Part shown: positions 8,474 through 17,556 of the stretch, in pieces | How the letters are laid out: each line of letters starts with the position of its first letter | Numbering within the stretch: position 1 is the stretch's first letter | DNA from: a virus | Lineage: Duplodnaviria > Caudoviricetes | DNA: 58,410 nucleotides | Virus record (IMG/VR): IMGVR_UViG_3300036790_000260 | Span: 1-58,410 of that record | Strand: one strand, 5' to 3' | Program-made: the position numbers and the translations under genes | Notes under the pieces: model-generated | The model's database searches: none | Seen by the model: only the letters and a program-made list of their open reading frames with translations | Told to the model about the DNA's origin: nothing

Positions 8474-10165
8474 ATGCCCCTCTACCCGCCAGGCGGCTCG
8501 AGCGGCGGTTCGACGTCCGCAGCGCAGTTCTCCGTGGTCGCGAAGGGCGCGAAGGGCGACGGGAAACTGTCGAACACCGGTGCGACGAACGGCACCGCGA
8601 CGGTCACGATCGGCGAGTCGGTCCTGACGTCCGCGGACGTCGGCAAGATCGTCATGGTGAAAAACGCGCTGAACACCCAGTCGACCTCCGGGCAGACCAC
8701 GTCCGTCGGCACGATCACCACGGTCAACAGCGGCACCTCGTTCACCGCGACCTGGAACACCACCCCCAGCCGCACCACCACCGGACTGCAGGTCCTGTGG
8801 GCGAGCGACGACACCGTCGCGATCCAGGCCGCGATCGCCGCCGCGTTCACCTACGGGCAGGCGCACGGGCTCGCCGAGGTGTTCCTGCCGTCCCCGGCCG
8901 GCCTGTTCTACGGTGTCGGCGGCGCGCTGCTGACGACTGACGGCACGAACGCGGTGTACAACTCGCAGCTGACGATCCCGGTCAACGCGGAGGCGAACAC
9001 CGGGGTCACGCTGGTGTTCCGCGGGGTGGGCGACGGCGGCCAGACCCGGTATTGGAACACGAGCTCGCCGGCGTTCGCCGGTTCCCCGATCGTGTCGTTC
9101 GGGGTGTTCACCGGGAGCAGCCCGCAGACCACGAGCATCAACAACGCGGGCAACCCGTCGGTGATCGGCGGTCCGACGGGCAAAAACGGGTACGGGGTGG
9201 GGACTCCGACACCCCTGTACTCGAATGTGTGTGTCGTGTTCGAGGACATGTCGATCCTGACGACGCATTCGAACTCCGGCTGGACGTACAGCGCGGCGAA
9301 CATGTTCGGCGTCGCCCGGTTCCACGCCCGCGACTTCACCTACGGCACCGTCGGCGTCGTCGAGCTGTACAACAGCAACAGTGGTGACTTCCAGGACGTC
9401 GACCTGCTGTCCGGGGGGCTGTCGCTCGGGCTGCTGATGCCGTCGAACGGCAACAACGCCTCCTCCTACCTGAACAACGTGGTGTGCAACGGCGGCTACA
9501 CGTACGCGCTGCTCGCCACCGAGCACGTCGTCGGCAACCAGGTGACGATCCTGTACTGCTGGTCCGGGATCTGCCCCTGCGGCTCCTACACAGACTCCGG
9601 GTCGAACCCGGTCTCCGCGCTCCACGCGATGTGGTTCGACCAGCTGTGCATCGAAGCGTGCTCCTACCACGTCAACATCTTCGGCGCGGGCGCGTCGGGC
9701 ATCGGGCCGATCGTGCACTTCGTGATCGACAGCGAGGGCGCGATCGAGATGCGGGACAACCCGAACGACGGCACCGGCCTCGGCGCCGCGACCGGCGAGA
9801 TCCGGCTGACCGGGTCCACCTCGGCGCCGTCGCTGACGTTCCCGACCGGGATCCGGATCATCCGCGAGCAGGTCGCCCCCGGCGTGGCGGGGTCGCCTCC
9901 GGCGCTCGTGGCGAACACCGCGGTGTACAACGTGCTGCACCGGCCGGCGACGCTGTATCTGACCGGCGGCACGTTCCTCACGACGATCCAGGTGAGCGGC
10001 CTGGCGGGTGGGGCGTCGAACCCGAGTGTGGCGACGGTCGCGGACTTCACCGGCGCCGGGACGATCGCGACGCCGTTCCCGGTGCGGCTCGGCCCGGGCG
10101 CGTGGATCAAGGTCAACACGTCCAGCGGCACCGCCGTGCCGACCGCCGTATGGGTCCTGGACTGA
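8474..10165 (+). CDS. Pectate-lyase-like beta-helix spike / putative polysaccharide depolymerase
   Basis: GAKGDG...DDTVAIQAAI...VFLP motif, N/G/S/T-rich stacked repeats, C-terminal beta module. Confidence 0.7.
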   Translation: MPLYPPGGSSGGSTSAAQFSVVAKGAKGDGKLSNTGATNGTATVTIGESVLTSADVGKIVMVKNALNTQSTSGQTTSVGTITTVNSGTSFTATWNTTPSRTTTGLQVLWASDDTVAIQAAIAAAFTYGQAHGLAEVFLPSPAGLFYGVGGALLTTDGTNAVYNSQLTIPVNAEANTGVTLVFRGVGDGGQTRYWNTSSPAFAGSPIVSFGVFTGSSPQTTSINNAGNPSVIGGPTGKNGYGVGTPTPLYSNVCVVFEDMSILTTHSNSGWTYSAANMFGVARFHARDFTYGTVGVVELYNSNSGDFQDVDLLSGGLSLGLLMPSNGNNASSYLNNVVCNGGYTYALLATEHVVGNQVTILYCWSGICPCGSYTDSGSNPVSALHAMWFDQLCIEACSYHVNIFGAGASGIGPIVHFVIDSEGAIEMRDNPNDGTGLGAATGEIRLTGSTSAPSLTFPTGIRIIREQVAPGVAGSPPALVANTAVYNVLHRPATLYLTGGTFLTTIQVSGLAGGASNPSVATVADFTGAGTIATPFPVRLGPGAWIKVNTSSGTAVPTAVWVLD

Positions 10166-10175
10166 GGGGGCCATC

Positions 10176-11249
10176 ATGGTGATCTACCGGCCGTGCTACT
10201 GCACCCGCGAGTCCGTCAAGCGCGCCCTGGACATGAAGCTCACGGCGCGCAACGACTGGCAGGTCGACGACGCCATCCAGGCCGGCTCGGAGTTCGTGGA
10301 CAAGTTCCTGCACCGGGTGTTCTATCCGATGATCGATACCAGGTGGGTGGACTGGCCGAACTTCCAGGCCGCGTACCCGTGGACCGTCTACCTGGACGCG
10401 GCGGAGCTCGCGGACGTGACGGTGAACGTCCCGGTGGTCACTTCGGGCGGGAACGTCATCGCGAACAGCGACATCTTCTGGGGCAACCCCCGCTACACGC
10501 CGCCGTACACCTACTTCGAGCTGAACCGGGCTTCCTCGGCGTCGTTCGGGCAGGGGCCCACGCCGCAACGCGACATCGCGATCACCGGGACGTACGGGTA
10601 CTGGATCGAGACCGCGCCGGGCGGCACCCTCGCCGCGGCGGTGTCCACGACGGGCGCGACCGCGATCACGGTGACCGGGGCGTGCACCGCGACCGTCGGG
10701 GTGGGCGACAACGTCCTGATCGGCGCCGAGCGCATGCTGATTATCGACAAGGCGATGGCCGACACCGGCCAAGCCCAGGTGTCCGGGCTGAGCACGGCGG
10801 CCACGAACGACGTGCTGCTCGGCGTCACCAACGGGACGGCCTATGCGAACGGGGAGATCCTGCAGCTCGACGCCGAGCAGCTCCTGGTCACCTCGATCGC
10901 CGGGAACACGCTGACGGTGATCCGGTCGTGGAACGGCACCGTCCTTGCCGCGCATGCGGGCGCGGAGGTTTACGGGCTGCGCACCCTGACCGTGCAGCGC
11001 GCGGCCCTCGGGACGACGGCGGCCACGTATGCGAACGGGACCGCGCTCGCGCTGCACGTCAATCCGCGCCTGGTGGCGCAGCTCACCCGCGCCTATGCGA
11101 TCGACGAGGTGATGCAGGAGCTCGGCGCCTACTCCCGCACCCAGGGCTCGGGGCCGGCGAAGCAGGGCGAGATCGGCCTGGGCATCCCGGGCCTGGCGCA
11201 GCGCTGCTACGACTCGTACGCGCGCAGCGCCCGCTCGAGGGTGGTGTGA
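10176..11249 (+). CDS. Head-to-tail adaptor with inserted beta domains
   Basis: YCTRESVKRAL...VDDAI N-terminus; ITGTYGY; position. Confidence 0.75.
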   Translation: MVIYRPCYCTRESVKRALDMKLTARNDWQVDDAIQAGSEFVDKFLHRVFYPMIDTRWVDWPNFQAAYPWTVYLDAAELADVTVNVPVVTSGGNVIANSDIFWGNPRYTPPYTYFELNRASSASFGQGPTPQRDIAITGTYGYWIETAPGGTLAAAVSTTGATAITVTGACTATVGVGDNVLIGAERMLIIDKAMADTGQAQVSGLSTAATNDVLLGVTNGTAYANGEILQLDAEQLLVTSIAGNTLTVIRSWNGTVLAAHAGAEVYGLRTLTVQRAALGTTAATYANGTALALHVNPRLVAQLTRAYAIDEVMQELGAYSRTQGSGPAKQGEIGLGIPGLAQRCYDSYARSARSRVV

Positions 11250-11704
11250 TGGACTTCACCGAGTTGCTGGACGCGCTGGTCTCGCATGCGCAGGCCGTCG
11301 GCGGGTTCGCGTCCGTGAACGGGCATCAGCCGCCGTCGGTCACCGTGGCCGGGGTGACGTGCGGGATATGGGTGCAGCGGATGTTCCCGATCCCGACGCT
11401 CTCCGGGCTGAGTGTCACGAGCATGGAGGCGCTGTTCAACGTGCGGTTGTACACCTCCGCGCTGCAGCAGCCGTACGACGCGATCGACCCGGAGATGATG
11501 AACGCCACCTCCACGCTGCTCGCGGCCTACTCGAAGGATTTCCAGCTCGGCGGCGACGTCATGGAGGTGGATCTCCTCGGCCAGTACGGGCCTTCGATGG
11601 CGGCGGCGGCCGGGTATATGGACAACGACGGGACGACGCTGCGGACGATGACGATCCAGCTCCCGCTGATCGTCGCGGACCTGTGGACGCAGGGGGGATC
11701 ATGA
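11249..11704 (+). CDS. Putative tail terminator / head-tail connector
   Basis: TGATG coupling; size and position; DFQLGG, DLLG. Confidence 0.6.
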   Translation: MDFTELLDALVSHAQAVGGFASVNGHQPPSVTVAGVTCGIWVQRMFPIPTLSGLSVTSMEALFNVRLYTSALQQPYDAIDPEMMNATSTLLAAYSKDFQLGGDVMEVDLLGQYGPSMAAAAGYMDNDGTTLRTMTIQLPLIVADLWTQGGS

Positions 11705-12093
11705 GCGTCTCCTACTCGGGTCCGGTGTTCGACGGGTCGGCGGAACCGATGATCGAACGCATGATCGAAGAGGTGCGGTCGACGGTCGCGGATCAGGCGA
11801 TGGTGGAGTGGGAGTCGAACATGGAGTCCCGTATCCGCCACTCCGGACCGGTCTACCAGACGTTCGCGCACGTCAAGGAAGACGGCGACGAGACGCTGGT
11901 GAACGACGGGTGGGGGGAGACCAACGAACTGCCGTACGGGCCGTGGCTCGAGGGTGTCGGGTCCCGCAACTCGCCGGTCACGGTCTTCCCCGGCTACCAC
12001 TCGCTGGGCGACGCGTACGAGGCGACACTGGAGCAGGTGGATGAACTGGTCGAACCGGTCGTCGAGGATTGGGTAGGGAAGATCAATGACTGA
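11701..12093 (+). CDS. Putative tail completion / neck protein
   Basis: YGPWLEGVGSRN...FPGYHS; position. Confidence 0.6.
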   Translation: MSVSYSGPVFDGSAEPMIERMIEEVRSTVADQAMVEWESNMESRIRHSGPVYQTFAHVKEDGDETLVNDGWGETNELPYGPWLEGVGSRNSPVTVFPGYHSLGDAYEATLEQVDELVEPVVEDWVGKIND

Positions 12094-12298
12094 GCCTGAA
12101 GGCGAGATGCTCCCGGCCGTGCCGGACGTCGCGATCCTGCGGCTGCGCCCGGGCGACTTCCTCGTCGTCACGATGCACGACCCCCTCTCGGAACACGCAT
12201 ACAGCGAGATCGCCCGGGGTCTGAAGGAACGGTTCCCGGACAATCCCGCGCTCCTGCTCGAGGGCGCCACCCTGTCCGTTCTGCGAAAGGAGGGCTGA
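12086..12298 (+). CDS. Hypothetical protein
   Basis: Overlapping ORF in the structural operon. Confidence 0.55.
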   Translation: MTEPEGEMLPAVPDVAILRLRPGDFLVVTMHDPLSEHAYSEIARGLKERFPDNPALLLEGATLSVLRKEG

Positions 12299-12301
12299 CC
12301 T

Positions 12302-13261
12302 GTGGCCAAATCGAGTGGTCTCGGCGATTTCCTGTGGCTCTCCGGCGTCGACCTGTCCTCCGACACCATGTCCGGGAAGGTCTCCGGCAGCGTGGCGCTG
12401 CTGGACTTCACCGGCATCAACAACCTCGCGTTCGTACGCCAGGGCGGCCAGCGCTCGGCCAGCATCGACTGGGTGTCCTACTTCGATAGCGCCGTCTCCC
12501 ACCCGGTCCTGTCCGCGCTGCCCACCAGCGACGTCCTGGGCACGTACGTGACGAACCTCGGCTCGGCCACCCCGGCGATCGGGAACCCGGCGTTCTGCAT
12601 GCAGGGCCTGCAGTTGAACTACGACCCCACCAGAACGACGGCCGGCGCGCTGACGTTCGCGGTCACGGCCGACTCCGACAACTACGGCGGCGAGTGGGGC
12701 GCGCTGCTCACGCCGGGGGCGCGCACGGACAGCGCGGCCACGAACGGCGCGAGCTTCGACGGCGCGGGCGGCTTCACCACTCCTGCGGTGCCGTTGACGA
12801 CGGTGCCGGTGCAGAACACCTCCGCGCTGCCCTACACGGTGGTGGTCAGCGCGGGCACGGTGACGCTGGTGACGGTCAACGGGGTGACGGTCGGCGCCGG
12901 CGACGGCACCTACACGGTTCCGGCGGGCGCGTCGATCGCGATCACTTTCTCGGTGGCTCCGACGTGGACGTGGACGGCCGCGCCCGGCGCGTTCGGGGTG
13001 CAGGCGTATCTGCACGTGCTCGGTTTCACCGGGACGGATGCGACGGTCACGGTGCAGCACTCGGCGGACAACTCGACGTGGGCGACGCTGGTCGCGTTCG
13101 CGCAGACCACCTCCGGGCCCGGCTACCAGCGGGTGGCTACCGGCAACACGGCGACGGTCAACCGGTATACGCGCGCCATCACGACGACGTCGGGCGGCTT
13201 CAGCAGCCTCAAGTTCGGCGTGGCGCTGGTCAGGAATCCGATCGCGGCCCAGGTGTTCTAG
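12302..13261 (+). CDS. Tail protein (tube-like) with internal beta-module insertion
   Basis: MAKSSGLG start; S/T/G-rich; position. Confidence 0.7.
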   Translation: MAKSSGLGDFLWLSGVDLSSDTMSGKVSGSVALLDFTGINNLAFVRQGGQRSASIDWVSYFDSAVSHPVLSALPTSDVLGTYVTNLGSATPAIGNPAFCMQGLQLNYDPTRTTAGALTFAVTADSDNYGGEWGALLTPGARTDSAATNGASFDGAGGFTTPAVPLTTVPVQNTSALPYTVVVSAGTVTLVTVNGVTVGAGDGTYTVPAGASIAITFSVAPTWTWTAAPGAFGVQAYLHVLGFTGTDATVTVQHSADNSTWATLVAFAQTTSGPGYQRVATGNTATVNRYTRAITTTSGGFSSLKFGVALVRNPIAAQVF

Positions 13262-13278
13262 GGAGAGGTGGTGGCGTG

Positions 13279-13734
13279 ATGCAGGAGCTTCCGATGGTGC
13301 AGAGCGTCGACGGCGGCCGCCTGGTGCCGCGGGGGCGCCCGTCGCAGTGGCAGACGTTCTCCGTGCACCGGCCGCTCGCGACGCACTGGCGGCCGGCTAC
13401 GTGCGAGGAGGTGGCGTGCCCGGATTTCCTGCGCGGCTGGCGGCTGCGGGTGGAGGGCCTGGATCCGAGGGACGTGCATCTCGCGACGCACTGCGGGCGC
13501 TCCTTTCAGCGTGTCGAGGGCGGCCCCGGTGAGACGTGGCTGATCTTCAAGGCGGGTCAGGCGTGCTTCCAGGCGGCGCGGCACGTGAAGCAGCTGGAGC
13601 GCCCGGAGCTGTACGTGCTCCGCGGTGGGGATTGGCGGCAGTTGGGGGAGCCGCAGAAGCTCTCGCCGGAGTCGTGGCTCGACTCGTTCGGGGAGAACCA
13701 GGAAAAACTCCACGACGCTAAAGAAAGAGGCTGA
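13279..13734 (+). CDS. Tail-region hypothetical protein
   Basis: ATCEEVACP, FKAGQACF, RGGDWR; RBS. Confidence 0.65.
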   Translation: MQELPMVQSVDGGRLVPRGRPSQWQTFSVHRPLATHWRPATCEEVACPDFLRGWRLRVEGLDPRDVHLATHCGRSFQRVEGGPGETWLIFKAGQACFQAARHVKQLERPELYVLRGGDWRQLGEPQKLSPESWLDSFGENQEKLHDAKERG

Positions 13735-13739
13735 CACCA

Positions 13740-14147
13740 ATGGCAAAAGCCAGCGGAATTTCATGGACCACGTTCAGCGTGGACGATGCCACGAACACGC
13801 AGCAGGCGATCGTGGACGACATCACCGACGTGAAGATCGCCACACCGCGCGCGGTCCAGGACATCACGGGCATGGACAAGGCCGCGATCCAGCGGCTGCT
13901 CCTGCTCGCGGACCTCACCCTGACGATGAACGGCGTGTTCAACGGCTCCGCGAACATGAGCCACGCGGTCTTCAGCACGATCTCATCCACCTCGGTCAGC
14001 CGGCTGGTGACGATGGTCGTCAACGCCAAGACCCTCGCGCCGACCGTCGTGCTCACCGACTACCCGCTGACCCGCGCGACGGGTGGCGCGCTGACGTGGT
14101 CGGTGCCCGGGTCGCTCAGCTCGGGCACCGCGCCCCTGTGGTCGTAA
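13740..14147 (+). CDS. Major tail (tube) protein
   Basis: MAKASG.WTTFSVDD...TPRAVQDITG.DK.A..RLLLLAD; directly upstream of the chaperone. Confidence 0.7.
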   Translation: MAKASGISWTTFSVDDATNTQQAIVDDITDVKIATPRAVQDITGMDKAAIQRLLLLADLTLTMNGVFNGSANMSHAVFSTISSTSVSRLVTMVVNAKTLAPTVVLTDYPLTRATGGALTWSVPGSLSSGTAPLWS

Positions 14148-14157
14148 GGAGTCTCGT

Positions 14158-14565
14158 ATGGGCGGTTTCCGGCTGGAGCCGAAGCAGTACAACCTGACCT
14201 TCGAGGACCCGGCGCTCGACCGCCTCGAGGTGAAGCTCACCGGGATGAGCATGGACGAGGCGCTCGACTACGACCTCGCGCGCCTGGCCGCGTGGGACGG
14301 CGTCGAGCGCAACGCGGAGCGCACCCGCGCGGTCGCGGAGACCATCGCCGCGCACCTGGTGAGCTGGAGCCTGGTCGAGGAGGACGGCTCGCCGACGCCG
14401 CTCACGGCGAAGGGCCTGCTCTCGCACGACCCGGAGGTCCAGCACGCCATCGCTCTCGCGTACGCGCTCGCCGTACGGGGGGTACCGGTCCCTTTGGGCA
14501 GCGGATCGACGAATGGCGCGGGGGTGGACTCACTGCCGACGGAGACGTTGCCCGCGAGCCCGTAG
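14158..14565 (+). CDS. Tail assembly chaperone (gpG-like)
   Basis: Between tail tube and TMP; LVSWSL.EEDG.P.P; slippery site near 3' end. Confidence 0.8.
   Translation: MGGFRLEPKQYNLTFEDPALDRLEVKLTGMSMDEALDYDLARLAAWDGVERNAERTRAVAETIAAHLVSWSLVEEDGSPTPLTAKGLLSHDPEVQHAIALAYALAVRGVPVPLGSGSTNGAGVDSLPTETLPASP
14490..14496 (+). other. Programmed -1 ribosomal frameshift site C CCT TTG
   Basis: XXXYYYZ heptamer in correct phase; -1 frame stays open to 14708 (LCDRFHKLPSEILAED). Confidence 0.8.
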
Positions 14566-14708
14566 AGCACCGCAACGCGGCGCTGATGCTGGCGCTGTGC
14601 GACCGGTTCCACAAGCTGCCCAGCGAGATCCTGGCCGAGGACGCGTCGCTGTTCCAGATGCTCGCTATCGTCGAGAGGGGGAAACCTCAGCATGGCGAAT
14701 ATTATTGA
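14490..14708 (+). CDS. Frameshifted C-terminal part of tail chaperone (gpGT-like)
   Basis: -1 frame continuation PFGQRIDEW...LALCDRFHKLPSEILAED. Confidence 0.7.
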   Translation, partial: PFGQRIDEWRGGGLTADGDVAREPVEHRNAALMLALCDRFHKLPSEILAEDASLFQMLAIVERGKPQHGEYY

Positions 14709-17556
14709 GATCCGGGTCAAAACGGTCAACGATACCGCCGAGGGGCTCGACGCCGCCCGGGCGGACGCGGCTGCGGCGGCGGAGGAGATCGCGGCGAGTT
14801 TCCAGGCGGCGGGCGCGGACGGCGGGGCGCGGTACGCGACTGGGCTGCGGGATGCGACCGCGGATCTCGGGACGGTGGTGGCGGCGCAGATCGCGCCGGA
14901 GATCGAGGACACGATCGGGGATTCCGGGCGCGCCTCCGGGGCCGCGTTCACTTCGGCGTTCTCCGGGGAGCTCGCCTCCGGGCTGAGCAGCACGGGGGTG
15001 TTCGGCGGGTCGGTCGGCGACATGATCGGGAAGGAGGGGGATCCGGCGGGCAGGGAGTTCAGCGCCGCGTTCAGCCAGTCCGCGAAGGACGGCCTGCTCA
15101 GCTCGACGCTCGCCGCGGCGCTCGCGCCTGAGGGCGACGTCGGCGACCAGATGGTGCAGGACGCGGAGAAGACCGGGAAGAAAGCCGGCGAGGACGCGGG
15201 CAACGCGGCCGGAGACGGGATGGCGCCGTTGATGCTGGCGGCGATCGGGGGCGTCGCGGCGCTCGGCGCGCCCCTGCTGCTGACCGGGCTCGGAGGGGCG
15301 TTCGTCGGGGTCGCGGCGATGGCGTTGAAGTCGAACGCGGTGATCGCGGCGGACTACACGCAGCTCGGGAAGAACGCCGAGGCGGCCATCAAGCAGGCCG
15401 CCGCGCCGCTGGCGGGGGACCTGAACGTGGGGCTCGACACGCTCGACGGCACCGTGAAGGCGTTGCAGCCGCAGCTCGACAGCCTGTTCGCGAACGTGGG
15501 GCCGGATATCACGCAGGTCGCGGACGGGGTGTCCGCGTTCGCCACCGGGGTGCTGCCGGGGGTGTCGCGCGCTTTGGGTTCGAGCCAGGTGATCGTGCGG
15601 GACTTCTCGGCGTCCCTCGGGCCGCTGGGTTCGAACGTGGGCTCGTTCTTCACCGGGCTGTCCACGGACGCGTACGCGACCGGCGCGGGGATGCAGTCGG
15701 CGTTCGGGGTGATCGGGAACGCCGTCTCGACCGTCGGGAGCGTGCTGGGTTCGGCGTCGACCGCGATCAGCGCGGACCTCCTGGCGATCGACCCGGCGAT
15801 CAACGGGCTGCTCACCGGGGTGCGGGCGATCGCGAGCCCGGCGACGATCGGCGCGATCGGCGGCGCGTTCGCCGCGATGAAGCTCGACCCCGCGGTGGGC
15901 AAAGGCCTGCAGTCGGTGTCGGACGGGTTCCTGAACATCGCCGCGAAAGCCGACGGCGCCGAAGGTGTCCTCGGGAAGGTCGGGGGCGCGGCCGAATCCG
16001 CGTCGGGCAGCTTCAGCACGATGGCGGACGTCATGGGCGGCCCGGCGGGCATCGCGATCGGCGCCGCCATCGGGCTGGCTTCCGGGTTGGCGGGGTCGCT
16101 GTTCAACGCGGCCAAAGCGTCGGACGCGCTCACCTTGAGCCAGCAGGGGCTGACGCAGGCGGTGGCGCAGGACCAGGGCACCGCCGGGGCTTCCACGGCC
16201 GCGTATGTGGCGCAGACGTTCGCGGCGGACGGCCTGTCGAAGAGCGCGGCGGCCGCGGGCGTGTCGACGACGACGTGGACGCAGGCGGTGCTCGGCAGTT
16301 CGAGCGCGCAGCAGAAGGTGCTGGACGCGGTCGACAAGACGAACCAGGCGACGGTGGACCAGACGTATTCCACGAACCAGGCGACGGCGAGCACCGGGAA
16401 GTTCTCCGACGAGCAGAAGGACGCCGCGGGGTTCGTGGACGGCACGGTGATCTCCACGAACCGGTTGACGACGCAGAACCAGCAGCTCGTGAACTCGCTC
16501 AACGCGCAGACCAAGCAGGTGGCGGACGCGATCTCGGCGCAGACCACCTATCAGAAGGCGATGGGCGCGCTGAGCACGACGACGGAGCTGTTCAACGCGT
16601 CGCTGACCGCGGGTGAGCGGGCGCTGGTGGCCAGTGCGCAGGCGTCGGCGTTGACGACGGTCGCGAACCTGAACCTGGGGAGCTCGAACTCGACGGTCAG
16701 CCAGTCGCTCGACAAGACGCTGATCGCGTATCAGGAGACCTCCTCGCAGGCCAGTGCCTACGGCAGTGTGCTGCAGTCGCTGAACGGGACGGCGCTGTCG
16801 GCGGCGCAGGCGCAGAACACGCTGGCGTCGGACATGGTGTCGGCGAAGAAGACGTTCGATGCGAACTCTGATTCGCTGAAGTTGAACACGGCGGCGGGCG
16901 TCTCGGACCGGCAGGCTCTGGTGGCGGCGTCTCAGGCGATCGTCGCGATGGGTGTGGCGCAGTTCCAGTCGAGCGGCAGTATGAACGACGCGAACAAGAC
17001 GATCCAGCAGCAGATCACCGCGTACGTGGCGGCGACGGGCGCGACGGGGAAGGCGAAGCAGGCGATCCTGTCCTACCTGGAGTCGATCACGCAGATCCCG
17101 CCGAACGTGTCGACGACGGTGCACGCGAACACGGCGAACGCCCTGGCGGAGATCAACCAGGTCAACGGGGCGCTGCAGAACCTGATGCAGAGCTCCATCC
17201 CGGGCGCGGCAGGGCTCGCCGGGGTGGAGATCGCGCGCGCGAACCGTGCGTCGGGCGGCCCGGTGGCGGCGGCGTTCGCGGCGCAGGGCGGTTCCCAGTA
17301 CGGCGGCCCCACGATGATCAACGAGCAGGGTCCGGAGCTGGTGAACCTGCCGAACGGGTCGCAGGTCATGCCGGCCGCGAACACCGCGTCGATGCTCGCG
17401 GGGTCCGGGTTCGGCGGCTTCGGGGGCGCCCAGCGGATCGAGTTGGAGTGGGTGGGCGGTGACGGGCCGTTGTTCGACGCGTTGCGGGCCGGGATCCGGG
17501 CCCGGGCCGGCGGCGGCGCCAACTCGGTGCAGCGCGCGCTCGGGCAGGTGTCCTGA
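14692..17556 (+). CDS. Tape measure protein
   Basis: 954 aa Ala/Gly-rich helical; C-terminal RASGG...NEQGPELVNLPNGSQV. Confidence 0.9.
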   Translation: MANIIEIRVKTVNDTAEGLDAARADAAAAAEEIAASFQAAGADGGARYATGLRDATADLGTVVAAQIAPEIEDTIGDSGRASGAAFTSAFSGELASGLSSTGVFGGSVGDMIGKEGDPAGREFSAAFSQSAKDGLLSSTLAAALAPEGDVGDQMVQDAEKTGKKAGEDAGNAAGDGMAPLMLAAIGGVAALGAPLLLTGLGGAFVGVAAMALKSNAVIAADYTQLGKNAEAAIKQAAAPLAGDLNVGLDTLDGTVKALQPQLDSLFANVGPDITQVADGVSAFATGVLPGVSRALGSSQVIVRDFSASLGPLGSNVGSFFTGLSTDAYATGAGMQSAFGVIGNAVSTVGSVLGSASTAISADLLAIDPAINGLLTGVRAIASPATIGAIGGAFAAMKLDPAVGKGLQSVSDGFLNIAAKADGAEGVLGKVGGAAESASGSFSTMADVMGGPAGIAIGAAIGLASGLAGSLFNAAKASDALTLSQQGLTQAVAQDQGTAGASTAAYVAQTFAADGLSKSAAAAGVSTTTWTQAVLGSSSAQQKVLDAVDKTNQATVDQTYSTNQATASTGKFSDEQKDAAGFVDGTVISTNRLTTQNQQLVNSLNAQTKQVADAISAQTTYQKAMGALSTTTELFNASLTAGERALVASAQASALTTVANLNLGSSNSTVSQSLDKTLIAYQETSSQASAYGSVLQSLNGTALSAAQAQNTLASDMVSAKKTFDANSDSLKLNTAAGVSDRQALVAASQAIVAMGVAQFQSSGSMNDANKTIQQQITAYVAATGATGKAKQAILSYLESITQIPPNVSTTVHANTANALAEINQVNGALQNLMQSSIPGAAGLAGVEIARANRASGGPVAAAFAAQGGSQYGGPTMINEQGPELVNLPNGSQVMPAANTASMLAGSGFGGFGGAQRIELEWVGGDGPLFDALRAGIRARAGGGANSVQRALGQVS

